This document shows positions 1 through 9,445 of a DNA stretch of 64,000 nt, one piece after another; the stretch's first letter is position 1; every line of letters begins with the position of its first letter. Under the pieces are notes generated by a model. That model did no database searches and was not told the DNA's origin. It was given only the letters and a program-made list of their open reading frames with translations. The stretch comes from Calditrichia bacterium (lineage in GTDB: Bacteria > Calditrichota > Calditrichia > JAJRVZ01). The stretch is taken from assembly GCA_963796965.1 (NCBI GenBank), contig CAWCNS010000004.1, positions 192,001 to 256,000 on the forward strand, in the 5' to 3' direction. The position numbers and the translations under genes are program-made.

Positions 1-890
1 ACCCGAACTGGCACAAGATATAAGACAGGCGGATTATTTTAAAGATAGTGAGATCGAGCTTATGTTATCCACTGAATACTATTGAAAGGGGTAGAATTAA
101 ACATGCTGTTTTTGATCATGATGGAACCGTAAGTGCACTTCGTGAAGGATGGGAAAAAGTGATGGAACCGGTGATGGTTAAGGCAATTCTCGGCGACCAT
201 TATGATACAGCAGATGAAACGCTCTACCATAAAGTTGTCAATCGTGTTATTGATTTTATTGATAAGTCCACAGGTATCCAAACCGTTGTTCAGATGGAAG
301 GGTTAGTTGAGATCATTCAAGAATTTGGTCTCGTTCCCCCGGAAAAGATCCTCGATAAATTTGGATATAAGGATATATATAATGAAGCCCTGATGGAGAT
401 GGTAAACCGGAGAATAAAAAAATTAGAAAACAATGAACTTGATGTAAGTGACTTTGCTGTAAAGGGTGCAATCAAATTTTTGAAAATTCTCAGAGAAAGA
501 AATGTAAAACTTTATCTGGCCAGTGGAACTGATCGTGAAGATGTGATCAGAGAAGCAACGTCTATGGGGTATGCCGATCTTTTCGATGGTGGTATTTACG
601 GAGCCATTGGTGATATTAAAAAATATTCCAAGAAAATAGTTCTTAATAATATCATAAAGGAAAATGATCTACATGGTTCAGAACTTGTAACGACGGGTGA
701 TGGCCCTGTTGAATTACGTGAATGTAGAAAAGTGGGTGGAATTGCTGTTGGTATTGCCAGTGATGAAATTCGTCGTCATGGATTAAATAGCGAAAAAAGA
801 ACACGGTTAATAAGAGCAGGCGCACATCTGGTCATTCCCGATTTTTCCCAGGCTGATAGATTGATTGAGTTATTGTTTGGAAGAAATTGA
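1..890 (+). CDS. HAD-family hydrolase domain; 3' part of a longer gene entering from the left edge (likely PfkB-kinase/HAD fusion), frameshift near 60
   Basis: HAD motifs FDHDGT, LASGT, TGDG in ORF 48..890; frame 2 is open from base 2 (PELAQDIRQADYFKDSEIE) and joins the ORF with a 1-nt shift near 60. The PfkB fusion is inferred, not visible. Confidence 0.75.
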
Positions 891-976
891 TCCTAATTGT
901 AATTGTATTTTTCTCGAGAAGGCGCAAAGACGCAAAGGCATCCAATATAGGAAAAAAATATTGGTAGACCGCTATG

Positions 977-1106
977 GTCATTCTGAATCCTGACCTGTCG
1001 TCAGGGTAGGTTTAGTTCTCCTTCCAACGGAATGCCTTCGGCAGAAGGAGTCCTTTGGACAGGATCTTTTGTTCTCCAATAGATGCCGAAATAAATCCGG
1101 CATGAC
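977..1106. repeat. GTCAT-type REP pair whose left arm carries three nested micro-insertions
   Basis: Right arm AGATGCCGAAATAAATCCGGCATGAC 1081-1106; left arm reconstructs to GTCATTCTGAAT(T)TTAGTTCAGGATCT after removing 989-1010 and 1019-1060; intact relative at 14923-14993. Confidence 0.75.
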
Positions 1107-1138
1107 TACAATGGATATTTAGAGAAGAAGGATAAATA

Positions 1139-2134
1139 ATGATCACCATTAAATGGGTATTGCTTACAATACTAATTTTAGGGATAGGTTTCTTGTCCTC
1201 CTGCAGTAATGATGGATCGCGGGAAGATATTGAATCTAAGAGTAGTACGTGGGCAGAAAAATTAGGATATCCTGCAGGTAAAAGAGTAATTATCATTCAT
1301 GCCGATGATGCGGGTATGTGTGAAGAGGCGAATATTGCCACGTTCAATTATATGACCAAAAATGAAATTCAATCCGCTGCGGGTATGCCCCCGTGTGAAT
1401 GGTTTGATGAATTTGTTGTCTGGGCGATTGAAAATCCAAATAAGGATTTAGGATTACATTTGACCTTAACAAGCGAATGGCAGAAATATCGCTGGGGACC
1501 TGTATCAAAGCCTGAATTGGTCCCAGGTCTTATTGATCCTGATGGATTTTTATGGCATGAGGTACGGGATGTTGTAGGGCATGCTTCTGCAGAAGACGTT
1601 GAAAAAGAAATACGTGCTCAGATTGAAAAAGCTATTTCACTTGGTATGAAAATTGATCATATTGATACGCATATGGGTACACTTTTTGGGACAATGGAAT
1701 ATGCTATGGCTTATATGAAGATAGCGATGGAGTATAACATCCCAGCCATGGTAATTAGTCTAAAAGATGCAAAAGTATTGAAACGATTCCAGGAACAAGG
1801 CTACCCGGTAGATGACAACACACAGAAACTCCTTTCCCAATATACCTTACCGCAATTAGATGACTTCCATTCTGTGCCTTCAGGAAAATCCTATGAAGAA
1901 AAGTTACAAAACTTTTATCAGTTGGTGAAATCGCTTAGCCCCGGTCTCACAGAAATAATCTTTCACCCGTCTGTGCAAACAGAGAATCTAAAATCAATTA
2001 CCAACTCATGGCAACAACGAGTATGGGAAGCAGAAATGTTTTCAGATCCCAAAGTGATTCAGTTTTTTAAGGATGAAGGAGTTGTATTTACCAACTGGAT
2101 TGAGATTATGGGTAGACATAGTAATAAAAAATAA
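1139..2134 (+). CDS. ChbG/YdjC-family carbohydrate deacetylase, predicted lipoprotein
   Basis: HADDAG, GLHLTL, HIDTHM, EIIFHP motifs; lipobox FLSSC. Confidence 0.85.
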   Translation: MITIKWVLLTILILGIGFLSSCSNDGSREDIESKSSTWAEKLGYPAGKRVIIIHADDAGMCEEANIATFNYMTKNEIQSAAGMPPCEWFDEFVVWAIENPNKDLGLHLTLTSEWQKYRWGPVSKPELVPGLIDPDGFLWHEVRDVVGHASAEDVEKEIRAQIEKAISLGMKIDHIDTHMGTLFGTMEYAMAYMKIAMEYNIPAMVISLKDAKVLKRFQEQGYPVDDNTQKLLSQYTLPQLDDFHSVPSGKSYEEKLQNFYQLVKSLSPGLTEIIFHPSVQTENLKSITNSWQQRVWEAEMFSDPKVIQFFKDEGVVFTNWIEIMGRHSNKK

Positions 2135-2170
2135 CTAATACAAAAATTATAGCGGGCTAGTTGAATATTC

Positions 2171-2190
2171 TCCGAAGGAGTCCTTTGGAC
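2171..2190 (+). mobile_element. 20-bp double-hairpin micro-insertion TCCGAAGGAGTCCTTTGGAC
   Basis: Interrupts TTGAATATTC^AATATTCA; the uninterrupted motif is at 13658-13675; an identical element, itself interrupted, is at 1019-1060. Confidence 0.65.
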
Positions 2191-2254
2191 AATATTCATT
2201 TGTTATGATCCGGATGAAATGGCATTTCAAAGACAAAAGACAAAAGAAAAAATA

Positions 2255-2400
2255 GTCCACGAATTACCCGAATTTCCACAAATAAAGATGGAGTTCTATT
2301 TTCATACCTGATTATCCATCTGATAGGGTTCTCTTGCTATATAATCAAAAACATTATGTTTAATTAATATAATTAGTGGAAATTCGTGTAATTCGTGGAC
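2255..2400. repeat. REPIN/MITE-like inverted pair, CCACGAATTACACGAAT family
   Basis: GTCCACGAATTACCCGAATTTCCAC (2255) matches the reverse complement of the arm ending at 2400 at 24/25 positions; AT-rich spacer. Confidence 0.85.
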
Positions 2401-2419
2401 AAAAAATTAAGGGTAAAAC

Positions 2420-4021
2420 TTGGTTGAATTTCAACTGCTGGATTGGATTTGGGTTTCTGTCTTCATATTGATAATGGTTGGATCAGGAATCCTCTTCTAT
2501 CGTCTTGGTAAAAGGTCTGAGGCTGATTTCTTCCTGGCTGGGAGAGGTTTACCCTGGTGGCTGCCGGCATCCTCCGTTTATGCAACACATACGGCAACAG
2601 ATACGCCAATGTGGATTACCGGTGTTATCTATAAATATGGTGTTGCCGGTATATGGTATGCTTTCTTTCCGGCCTGGTGTGCCATAAGCGCTTTTGTATC
2701 TACCCGAATTTTTAGGCGTTCACTTGCCTATACCCAAGGTGAATGGAATACGCTCCGTTTTGGAGGATTGGGTGCTGAACTTCTCCGTGGTTGGTTATCC
2801 GGTTGGCAGGTTTTTATGAATATGTTCATTCTTGGCTGGATTGGTATGGCCATGGGAAAGGTATGTAATCTCCTTTTTGGATGGGATCTTTGGGTAGGAA
2901 TGGTTTTATTTTCATCCATAACGGCCATCTATGTGGTAGCATCGGGTTATTGGGGTGTAATTATGGCAGACTTCCTGCAAGGTATTATTGCCTTTTCAAT
3001 GATCGTTATTGTTTCGGTCTGGTGTATCCTTGCTGCGGGTGGTCCGAATGGAATTGTGGCAAAACTTACTGTCATGGGTGAAACCTGGCGGTTAAACCCT
3101 TTTGCCTTTACAGGTTGGTTTAGTGGTGACTTTCCCTTTGCCTGGTTCCTTACCATGTTGGTCATTGCCGTGATTGGGGGATTTGGTATGGGAACCAACC
3201 TCGACTGGTATGTAGAAGCACAACGCATTCAAAGTGCTAAGACAGTTAGGGATGCCAGTTATAGCATTTGGTGGGGGGCTTTGCTGGTCTTAATACGAAA
3301 TTCCATATGGGCAGTAGCAATTTTGGGATTCTTTGTGTTATTCCCAAATATTCCGGAAACAGCAGATTATGAAATGGGATGGTTTCGACTTGGTTTTGCT
3401 TATTTACCTGTTGGAATGGTGGGTTTTTTCTTTGCAGCGATTGTCGCGATTCATATATCCTCCGTTTCTTCTATTCTGAATTTAGGTGCTATGTATTTTA
3501 CCCGCGATCTGTATTTACATTATTTAAAACCAAAAGCCACAGAGAAGGAATTAATCTGGATCGGTAGAGGAGCGACTGTTATTTTATTGGTCGGATCCTT
3601 TTTTTATGGTCTCATGATGAAGGAAATTACATCATGGCTTATTTTTGCTTTATGGCTAATGGCTGCCGGGATTTGGCTTCCGAATATTCTCCAGGTCGTT
3701 TGGTGGCGGTTTAATGCCTGGGGATATCTTTCCTCGTGGATTGCAAATTTAGGGCTTAGCTGGCTGGTTGTATGGATTTTACCCCATTTTGGTATTCTTC
3801 CCGGTTTGGCAGATTATCAGCAATTCTGGTTATTGATGCTATTAGGGGCATTAATTTTTATTCCTGTTACATTTCTGACCAAACCGGAGAAAATGGACCA
3901 CCTTGTAAAGTATTATGTCATGTCACGACCGATCGGTTGGTGGAAACCTATTAAGGCCGAAGCAGAACGTCGGGGATTGCTTGACAACCTTAAAGAAATT
4001 GGTCAGGAGGCGTCCCTATGA
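2420..4021 (+). CDS. Sodium:solute symporter (SSS/SLC5 family)
   Basis: 533 aa, highly hydrophobic; DFFLAGRGLPWW, GVIMADFLQ, AQRIQSAK, NLGAMYFTRDLY. Confidence 0.9.
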   Translation: MVEFQLLDWIWVSVFILIMVGSGILFYRLGKRSEADFFLAGRGLPWWLPASSVYATHTATDTPMWITGVIYKYGVAGIWYAFFPAWCAISAFVSTRIFRRSLAYTQGEWNTLRFGGLGAELLRGWLSGWQVFMNMFILGWIGMAMGKVCNLLFGWDLWVGMVLFSSITAIYVVASGYWGVIMADFLQGIIAFSMIVIVSVWCILAAGGPNGIVAKLTVMGETWRLNPFAFTGWFSGDFPFAWFLTMLVIAVIGGFGMGTNLDWYVEAQRIQSAKTVRDASYSIWWGALLVLIRNSIWAVAILGFFVLFPNIPETADYEMGWFRLGFAYLPVGMVGFFFAAIVAIHISSVSSILNLGAMYFTRDLYLHYLKPKATEKELIWIGRGATVILLVGSFFYGLMMKEITSWLIFALWLMAAGIWLPNILQVVWWRFNAWGYLSSWIANLGLSWLVVWILPHFGILPGLADYQQFWLLMLLGALIFIPVTFLTKPEKMDHLVKYYVMSRPIGWWKPIKAEAERRGLLDNLKEIGQEASL

Positions 4022-4317
4022 AATGGATTAAACGTAAATGGACGCCTAGGGAAGCAGATGAATGGACAAAAGAAGACTGGATGGTGATTGTCCTATCTCC
4101 TACTGCCTATTTTCTTATTGCTATTGGTGTTGCCGGAACTTTTCTTCTTCAAATTTGGGGATATTTAACCCTGGCCCTTGGTATAATTGTCATCATACTG
4201 ATGCACTGGATCATTAATCCAAAACTGAGTATGATCTCATCTGAATTTGAAAAACATCAGAAAGAATATCTGGTAGAGTTAGAAAAAAAGGCTCGCTGGG
4301 AGAAAAACGATGGATAG
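4018..4317 (+). CDS. Small 2-TM membrane protein, coupled to the symporter
   Basis: ATGA overlap with symporter stop; two hydrophobic helices. Confidence 0.75.
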   Translation: MKWIKRKWTPREADEWTKEDWMVIVLSPTAYFLIAIGVAGTFLLQIWGYLTLALGIIVIILMHWIINPKLSMISSEFEKHQKEYLVELEKKARWEKNDG

Positions 4318-4429
4318 TGCTTTAGGAATTGTTATCGGTATGAGTATCGCCTATTTTGCCTCTTTTCTTGGTCTGGCCTTGGCTTGGTATGCATATCGAA
4401 AACACAGGAAAGAGGAAAAAGAATCGTGA
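4310..4429 (+). CDS. 39-aa single-TM microprotein (absent from ORF track)
   Basis: MDSALGIVIGMSIAYFASFLGLALAWYAYRKHRKEEKES*; overlaps the stop of the previous ORF and the start of the next. Confidence 0.6.
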   Translation: MDSALGIVIGMSIAYFASFLGLALAWYAYRKHRKEEKES

Positions 4430-4590
4430 GAACTCTGATGTTGTTGAATACACCAAATGATAAAATCGGTGATCCGATTTTAGGTATCATAATACCGGGT
4501 GCTATATTATTGTTGTCAATTTTCGTTACCTGGGCACTCTATAAACATTTTTCCAAAATGGGCGAAGAAAAAGACCAAAGTAAAGACTAA
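4426..4590 (+). CDS. 54-aa single-TM microprotein
   Basis: GTGA overlap with previous stop; helix ILGIIIPGAILLLSIFVTWALY then charged tail. Confidence 0.6.
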   Translation: MRTLMLLNTPNDKIGDPILGIIIPGAILLLSIFVTWALYKHFSKMGEEKDQSKD

Positions 4591-4593
4591 TTT

Positions 4594-4748
4594 GTCCACG
4601 AATTACACGAATTACACGAATTATTTCAAATTTCACAAATTATATTCAGAGAATTTAAGCGTTTTTTTAAATCTTAAAATACTGGAGTTTGAAACATAGC
4701 ATTAAAAATTAGTGAAATTCGTTTTTTTTAATTCGTGCAATTAGTGGA
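4594..4748. repeat. REPIN-like inverted pair, CCACGAATTACACGAAT family
   Basis: GTCCACGAATTACACGAATTACACGAATT ... AATTCGTGCAATTAGTGGA. Confidence 0.8.
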
Positions 4749-4788
4749 AAAGAGCGCGAGCAGACTTTGTTTTACAAGGAATATTTGA

Positions 4789-5505
4789 ATGCAGATATTA
4801 AAAGATTTATATCAGGTTGGTGGTGATCTTAACGGTATTACCTGGGATGGGATGGATGCAGGTTATAATGATTGTAATACATATGTCTTAAAGCGACCGG
4901 AAGGATTAATACTTTTTGATTGTGGCTGTGGCGATACCATGGATCAGATTTATGCCAATATGAAATACTGGGATTTGGATCCCGAAGAAATTAAGTATTG
5001 TCTGTTAACTCATCCACATTTGGACCATGCCGGTGGCGGGCATATCCTCAAGAATAATGGCGTGGAAATGGTTGCTGTCTTCCAAACAGCAGATGCGGTA
5101 GCCAAAGGTGATGAACGATGTTGCCCCTATCTTTACCATAAAAGTTTCAAGCCCTTTACTGTTGACAGGATTATTGTAGATGGAGAAAAAATCAACCTAT
5201 TTGATATGACGTTTGAAGTCATGCATCTGCCCGGGCATAGTATGGGTTGTACGGCATATTCCTTTAACTATGAGGGCAAAAATATCGTGGTCAGTGGCGA
5301 TGTTATCGGCACGCTTTTAGTAGGGGCGTTTGGGTGGAGTGGCTCAATAGATTTTGATCGTGAGGTATATTTAAAATCTTTAAAGCGATTTTCCAAAGTA
5401 GATTCTGACATGATGTTACCTGGCCATGGTCTGATCTATTTTCATAAACCCAGGCGTCGGGTAGAAGAGTCCTTAAATATTGCCCTGATGGAATGGCGGA
5501 AATAA
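4789..5505 (+). CDS. MBL-fold metallo-hydrolase
   Basis: THPHLDH (HxHxDH), PGHS, SGD, PGHG. Confidence 0.9.
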   Translation: MQILKDLYQVGGDLNGITWDGMDAGYNDCNTYVLKRPEGLILFDCGCGDTMDQIYANMKYWDLDPEEIKYCLLTHPHLDHAGGGHILKNNGVEMVAVFQTADAVAKGDERCCPYLYHKSFKPFTVDRIIVDGEKINLFDMTFEVMHLPGHSMGCTAYSFNYEGKNIVVSGDVIGTLLVGAFGWSGSIDFDREVYLKSLKRFSKVDSDMMLPGHGLIYFHKPRRRVEESLNIALMEWRK

Positions 5506-5723
5506 GAAAAAAGAAAAAAGACAAAATAATCCACGAATTCACGCAATCCACTGATTATCTTTGATTACATATTTTATATTGGAGTGTTTTGAAACAGACT
5601 TACGCCCGATAGATAACTGATCTATAAAGAAGTATTTAAATTTAATTGTAATATGTGCTGATTTGACAAAATATTATGAGAAACGATTGGTGATTAAATA
5701 TTCAATCATCGTTTTAATTTAAC

Positions 5724-6692
5724 TTGCTCGTTAGTTTATTGAGCTGTGGTCAAAAAGAATCCAGTGAAAAGGACATACTCATCTCTGTGATTCCAAAGGG
5801 AACCAGTCATGTTTTTTGGCAATCTGTTCATGCTGGTGCAGTCAAAGCTGCAAAAGAATTGAAAATCAAAATAAACTGGGTGGGCACAGATCGCGAAGAT
5901 GATCGCCAGCAACAAATTGCTCTGATTGACAACCAGGTTATGAATGAAGTAGATGGAATTGTTTTAGCCCCTCTGGACGCAATTGCTTTGCGTAGACCTG
6001 TCCAGAATGCCGCTAATAAGGGTGTTCCCGTCGTTATTATTGATTCAGGATTGAAGGATGCCGAAGATATTTACACTAGTTTTGTAGCCACAGATAACAA
6101 GGAAGGTGGTCGCGTGGCTGCCAGAAAATTAGCTGGTTTACTCAACGGAACAGGACGGGTGGTATTACTGCGTTATAATGAGGGATCGGCAAGTACTGAA
6201 AATCGTGAAGAGGGCTTTCTGGAAGTTATGAAAGAGTATGCTGACATTAAAATAATAAGTTCGGAACAGTATGCTGGTGTAACACGTGCTTCAGCACAAC
6301 AGGCAAGCGAAAATTTACTCCTCCGGTTTACAGATGGATCAGGTAAACTTGCCATTGATGGTATATTTACACCGAATATTTCAACAACCTATGGTATGCT
6401 TTTAGCCTTAAGAAGAAAAAAAGTAGCCGGTACAATCGCCTTCGTTGGTTTTGATTCAGAAGGTCCCGCTGTCGAGGCTGTAAAGACAGGTGAAATTTCA
6501 GGATTGGTTGTGCAAGATCCCTTTAAGATGGGTTATCTCGGTGTTAAAACGATGTTAAAAAAATTGAATAATGAAGATGTAGCAAAGAGAATAGATACAG
6601 GGGTAACTTTTGTGGAAGCCACAGATCTGGAGCGTCCTGAAATTAAAGAGCTTGTCTATCCTGATTTAGAAAAATGGTTGAATGATCAATGA
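5724..6692 (+). CDS. Sugar ABC transporter substrate-binding lipoprotein (RbsB-like); true start probably near 5690, cut by an indel
   Basis: IPKGTSHVFWQSV, FVATDN, VGFD, VVQDPFKMGY; lipobox LLSC. Confidence 0.88.
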   Translation: MLVSLLSCGQKESSEKDILISVIPKGTSHVFWQSVHAGAVKAAKELKIKINWVGTDREDDRQQQIALIDNQVMNEVDGIVLAPLDAIALRRPVQNAANKGVPVVIIDSGLKDAEDIYTSFVATDNKEGGRVAARKLAGLLNGTGRVVLLRYNEGSASTENREEGFLEVMKEYADIKIISSEQYAGVTRASAQQASENLLLRFTDGSGKLAIDGIFTPNISTTYGMLLALRRKKVAGTIAFVGFDSEGPAVEAVKTGEISGLVVQDPFKMGYLGVKTMLKKLNNEDVAKRIDTGVTFVEATDLERPEIKELVYPDLEKWLNDQ

Positions 6693-8221
6693 TCGATCGA
6701 ACCACACCAACTCCAGCATTACAAATGGAGAACATCTCTAAGAGCTTTGGACCAACAAAAGCTTTAGAAGGAGTAAATTTTGATATTGCTAAAGCTGAAG
6801 TACATGCGCTGGTTGGGGAGAACGGAGCAGGTAAAAGCACCCTGATGAAAATATTATCGGGTGTATGTGAAGCTGATGAGGGAAAAATTTACCTGGGTGA
6901 TAAATTATACCAACCACGGAATCCCTTTGATGGTCGTAAAAATGGGATTGCAATGATATATCAGGAGCTTTCGCTGGCTCCCCACTTAACGGTTGCGGAA
7001 AATATTTGTTTAGGAAATGAGCCTTTAAAGATGGGCCTTATCGATCGGGAGGCTATGAGAAAGCGTGCCCTTGAGACATTACACTATTTTGAACATCCGG
7101 AGATAAAGCCGGACCTAAAAGTTCAAGATTTACCTGTAAATGCTCAACAATTAGTTGAAATTGCCCGCGCCCTTGCTTTGGGCTGTAAAATTCTGGTGTT
7201 TGATGAGCCAACAAGTAGTTTGTCTACGACGGATGCCAAAAGACTTTTCGAAATTATAGATATGCTGAGTAAACAGGGCATATCAATTGTCTATATTTCA
7301 CATTTTTTGGAAGAAGTGAAATCTATTGCAGACAGACTAACGGTACTACGTGATGGGAGGGTTATAGGAACCCATGAAGTCTCTGCTGTATCGACGGATG
7401 ATATTGTCAAGATGATGGTTGGTCGAAATGTACATGATCTCTATCCCCATTCAAACAGGACAAGTGGAGAAGAAATATTGAATATCCGCCAACTGGAGGG
7501 GATAAAAATGCCACGAAATGTTTCCTTGAAAATTAACAGGGGGGAGGTTGTTGGGATATTTGGGTTGGTTGGAGCAGGTCGTACAGAGTTCTTTCGTTCA
7601 CTTTTTGGTTTAGATCCGATTCAAAAGGGAGAGATAAAATTTGTCTGTTATGAAGGTGCAGCAGATCCCCCTAAGAGATGGCTGCAGGGCATGGGAATGA
7701 TGAGCGAAAATCGTAAAGAAGAAGGCCTGGTAAAAGGTATGAGCATTGCTGACAATATTACTATGTCTAAACTTAATGGATTTGGATCTCTGGGGTTAAT
7801 CTTTCCTAAAAAACAGCACCAGAGTGTCCAAAGATGGATTGGGAACCTGGATATACGCTGTAATGGACCTGAGCAATCAATAGACGATTTATCAGGAGGG
7901 AACCAACAGAAAGCGGTTTTTGCACGATTGCTCCAACACGATGTGGATTTATTTCTTCTTGATGAACCAACCCGGGGGATTGATGTTGGATCTAAGGCAA
8001 AAATATATGAGGCCATTAATCAATTGGCAGTTGATATCGATGACAAAGGCCGTCCTCGTAAAGCTGTTCTGGTTATTAGCAGTTATATGCCGGAATTGCT
8101 TGGTATTTGTGATAGAATTGCTGTTATGCATAAGGGAGAGCTTAGCGAATTAAAAAATGTTGATCAGGTAGATAAACATTCCCTCATGGCTGCAGCGACG
8201 GGCCAAGCAGCAATTGGATAA
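6689..8221 (+). CDS. Sugar ABC transporter ATP-binding protein (RbsA-like, two NBDs)
   Basis: GENGAGKST, VFDEPT, LSGGNQQK, LLDEPTRGIDVG. Confidence 0.93.
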   Translation: MIDRTTPTPALQMENISKSFGPTKALEGVNFDIAKAEVHALVGENGAGKSTLMKILSGVCEADEGKIYLGDKLYQPRNPFDGRKNGIAMIYQELSLAPHLTVAENICLGNEPLKMGLIDREAMRKRALETLHYFEHPEIKPDLKVQDLPVNAQQLVEIARALALGCKILVFDEPTSSLSTTDAKRLFEIIDMLSKQGISIVYISHFLEEVKSIADRLTVLRDGRVIGTHEVSAVSTDDIVKMMVGRNVHDLYPHSNRTSGEEILNIRQLEGIKMPRNVSLKINRGEVVGIFGLVGAGRTEFFRSLFGLDPIQKGEIKFVCYEGAADPPKRWLQGMGMMSENRKEEGLVKGMSIADNITMSKLNGFGSLGLIFPKKQHQSVQRWIGNLDIRCNGPEQSIDDLSGGNQQKAVFARLLQHDVDLFLLDEPTRGIDVGSKAKIYEAINQLAVDIDDKGRPRKAVLVISSYMPELLGICDRIAVMHKGELSELKNVDQVDKHSLMAAATGQAAIG

Positions 8222-8442
8222 CCAGAGAAAGTTACTTTTCTCCCAGTAATGATCTATATCCACGAATTATCCGTCTTTGCCGGATCCCGTCCTAGCCGGG
8301 CAGGCAGGCTTTGCCTGACACAGATCAACTCGATTTTTTATAATTTAATTAACAATAACGAAAATTTGTGGAATTATTTTTGATTGTGACCTGGGCTGTG
8401 TCAGTGACAAGCCATACATATTAATAAAAGTAGATTTTTCAT

Positions 8443-9418
8443 ATGAACGTAAAAATTTTAACAAACGCCAGATTGCGCAAAATTAATCTTAGCACATTTG
8501 GCCCATTAATCGCCTTTATTCTTGTCTATGGTTTTTTTGCAATTCTTAATGCAAAAATTTTATCGTTAACTGCAATAGAAACAATTATTCAACAGACGGT
8601 GATTGTTGGTATTGGTGCTATAGGGATGACTTTTGTTATTATATCAGGAGGAATCGATCTTTCTGTCGGTTCAATAATAGCTGATGGGATCCGTAGCAGT
8701 AGCATTTTTGATGCAAACATTTGGACTGGATCCATTTCTTGCAGCAATAGGAGGCATCTTTATAGGTTTATTATGGGGCTTTATTAATGGTGTTCTAATC
8801 GCCAGGTTTAAAATGGTCCCTTTTATTGTTACCCTTGGCACCTTGTTAGTTGTGCGAGGCGTGGCAAAAGGTATGGCACACAGTATGCCGATTAACACGG
8901 GGTATACATGGCTAAGTGACCTATTAGCAGCACTGCCACAATCTCAAAAATGGCAACTTATACCACCAGGCGCCTGGTTAATGATTCTCTTGGCATTCCT
9001 GATGGTAGCGGTCTTAAAATTTTTGCCCATTGGTCGTCATGTTTTTGCAATTGGTTCAAGTGAACAGACAGCCCGCCTCTGTGGTATAGCCGTTGAGAAA
9101 GTCAAAATATTTGTTTATACACTGTGTGGAGGGTTTGCCGGTTTAGGCGGCCTTATGCTCATGTCATATCAGGAACAGGGCGATCCAACAGCAGCTCTGG
9201 GGTTGGAACTGGATGTTATTGCTGCCGTGGTTATTGGAGGGGGAAGCTTATCCGGTGGTGAAGGGTCAATCCAAGGGAGTATAGTCGGGGCAATCATCAT
9301 GACGGTTATCCGTACGGGTTGTCAGCTTAATGGATGGCCAACATGGGTTACACAAGTGGTAACGGGGGCCGTTATCGTCATAGCTGTTGCTGTTGACAGA
9401 ATACGTCACAATAAATAA
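8443..9418 (+). CDS. Sugar ABC transporter permease (RbsC-like), frameshift near 8684
   Basis: GGIDLSVGS in the first frame; PFIVTLG and ELDVIAAVVIGG in the second. Confidence 0.88.
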
Positions 9419-9445
9419 TATATTTATTCGGAGATTAAAATTATT

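Noticed and set aside
4789..5505. MBL-fold protein as an antibiotic-resistance beta-lactamase
   Set aside because: No signal peptide and a sugar-catabolic context; the fold alone is not evidence.
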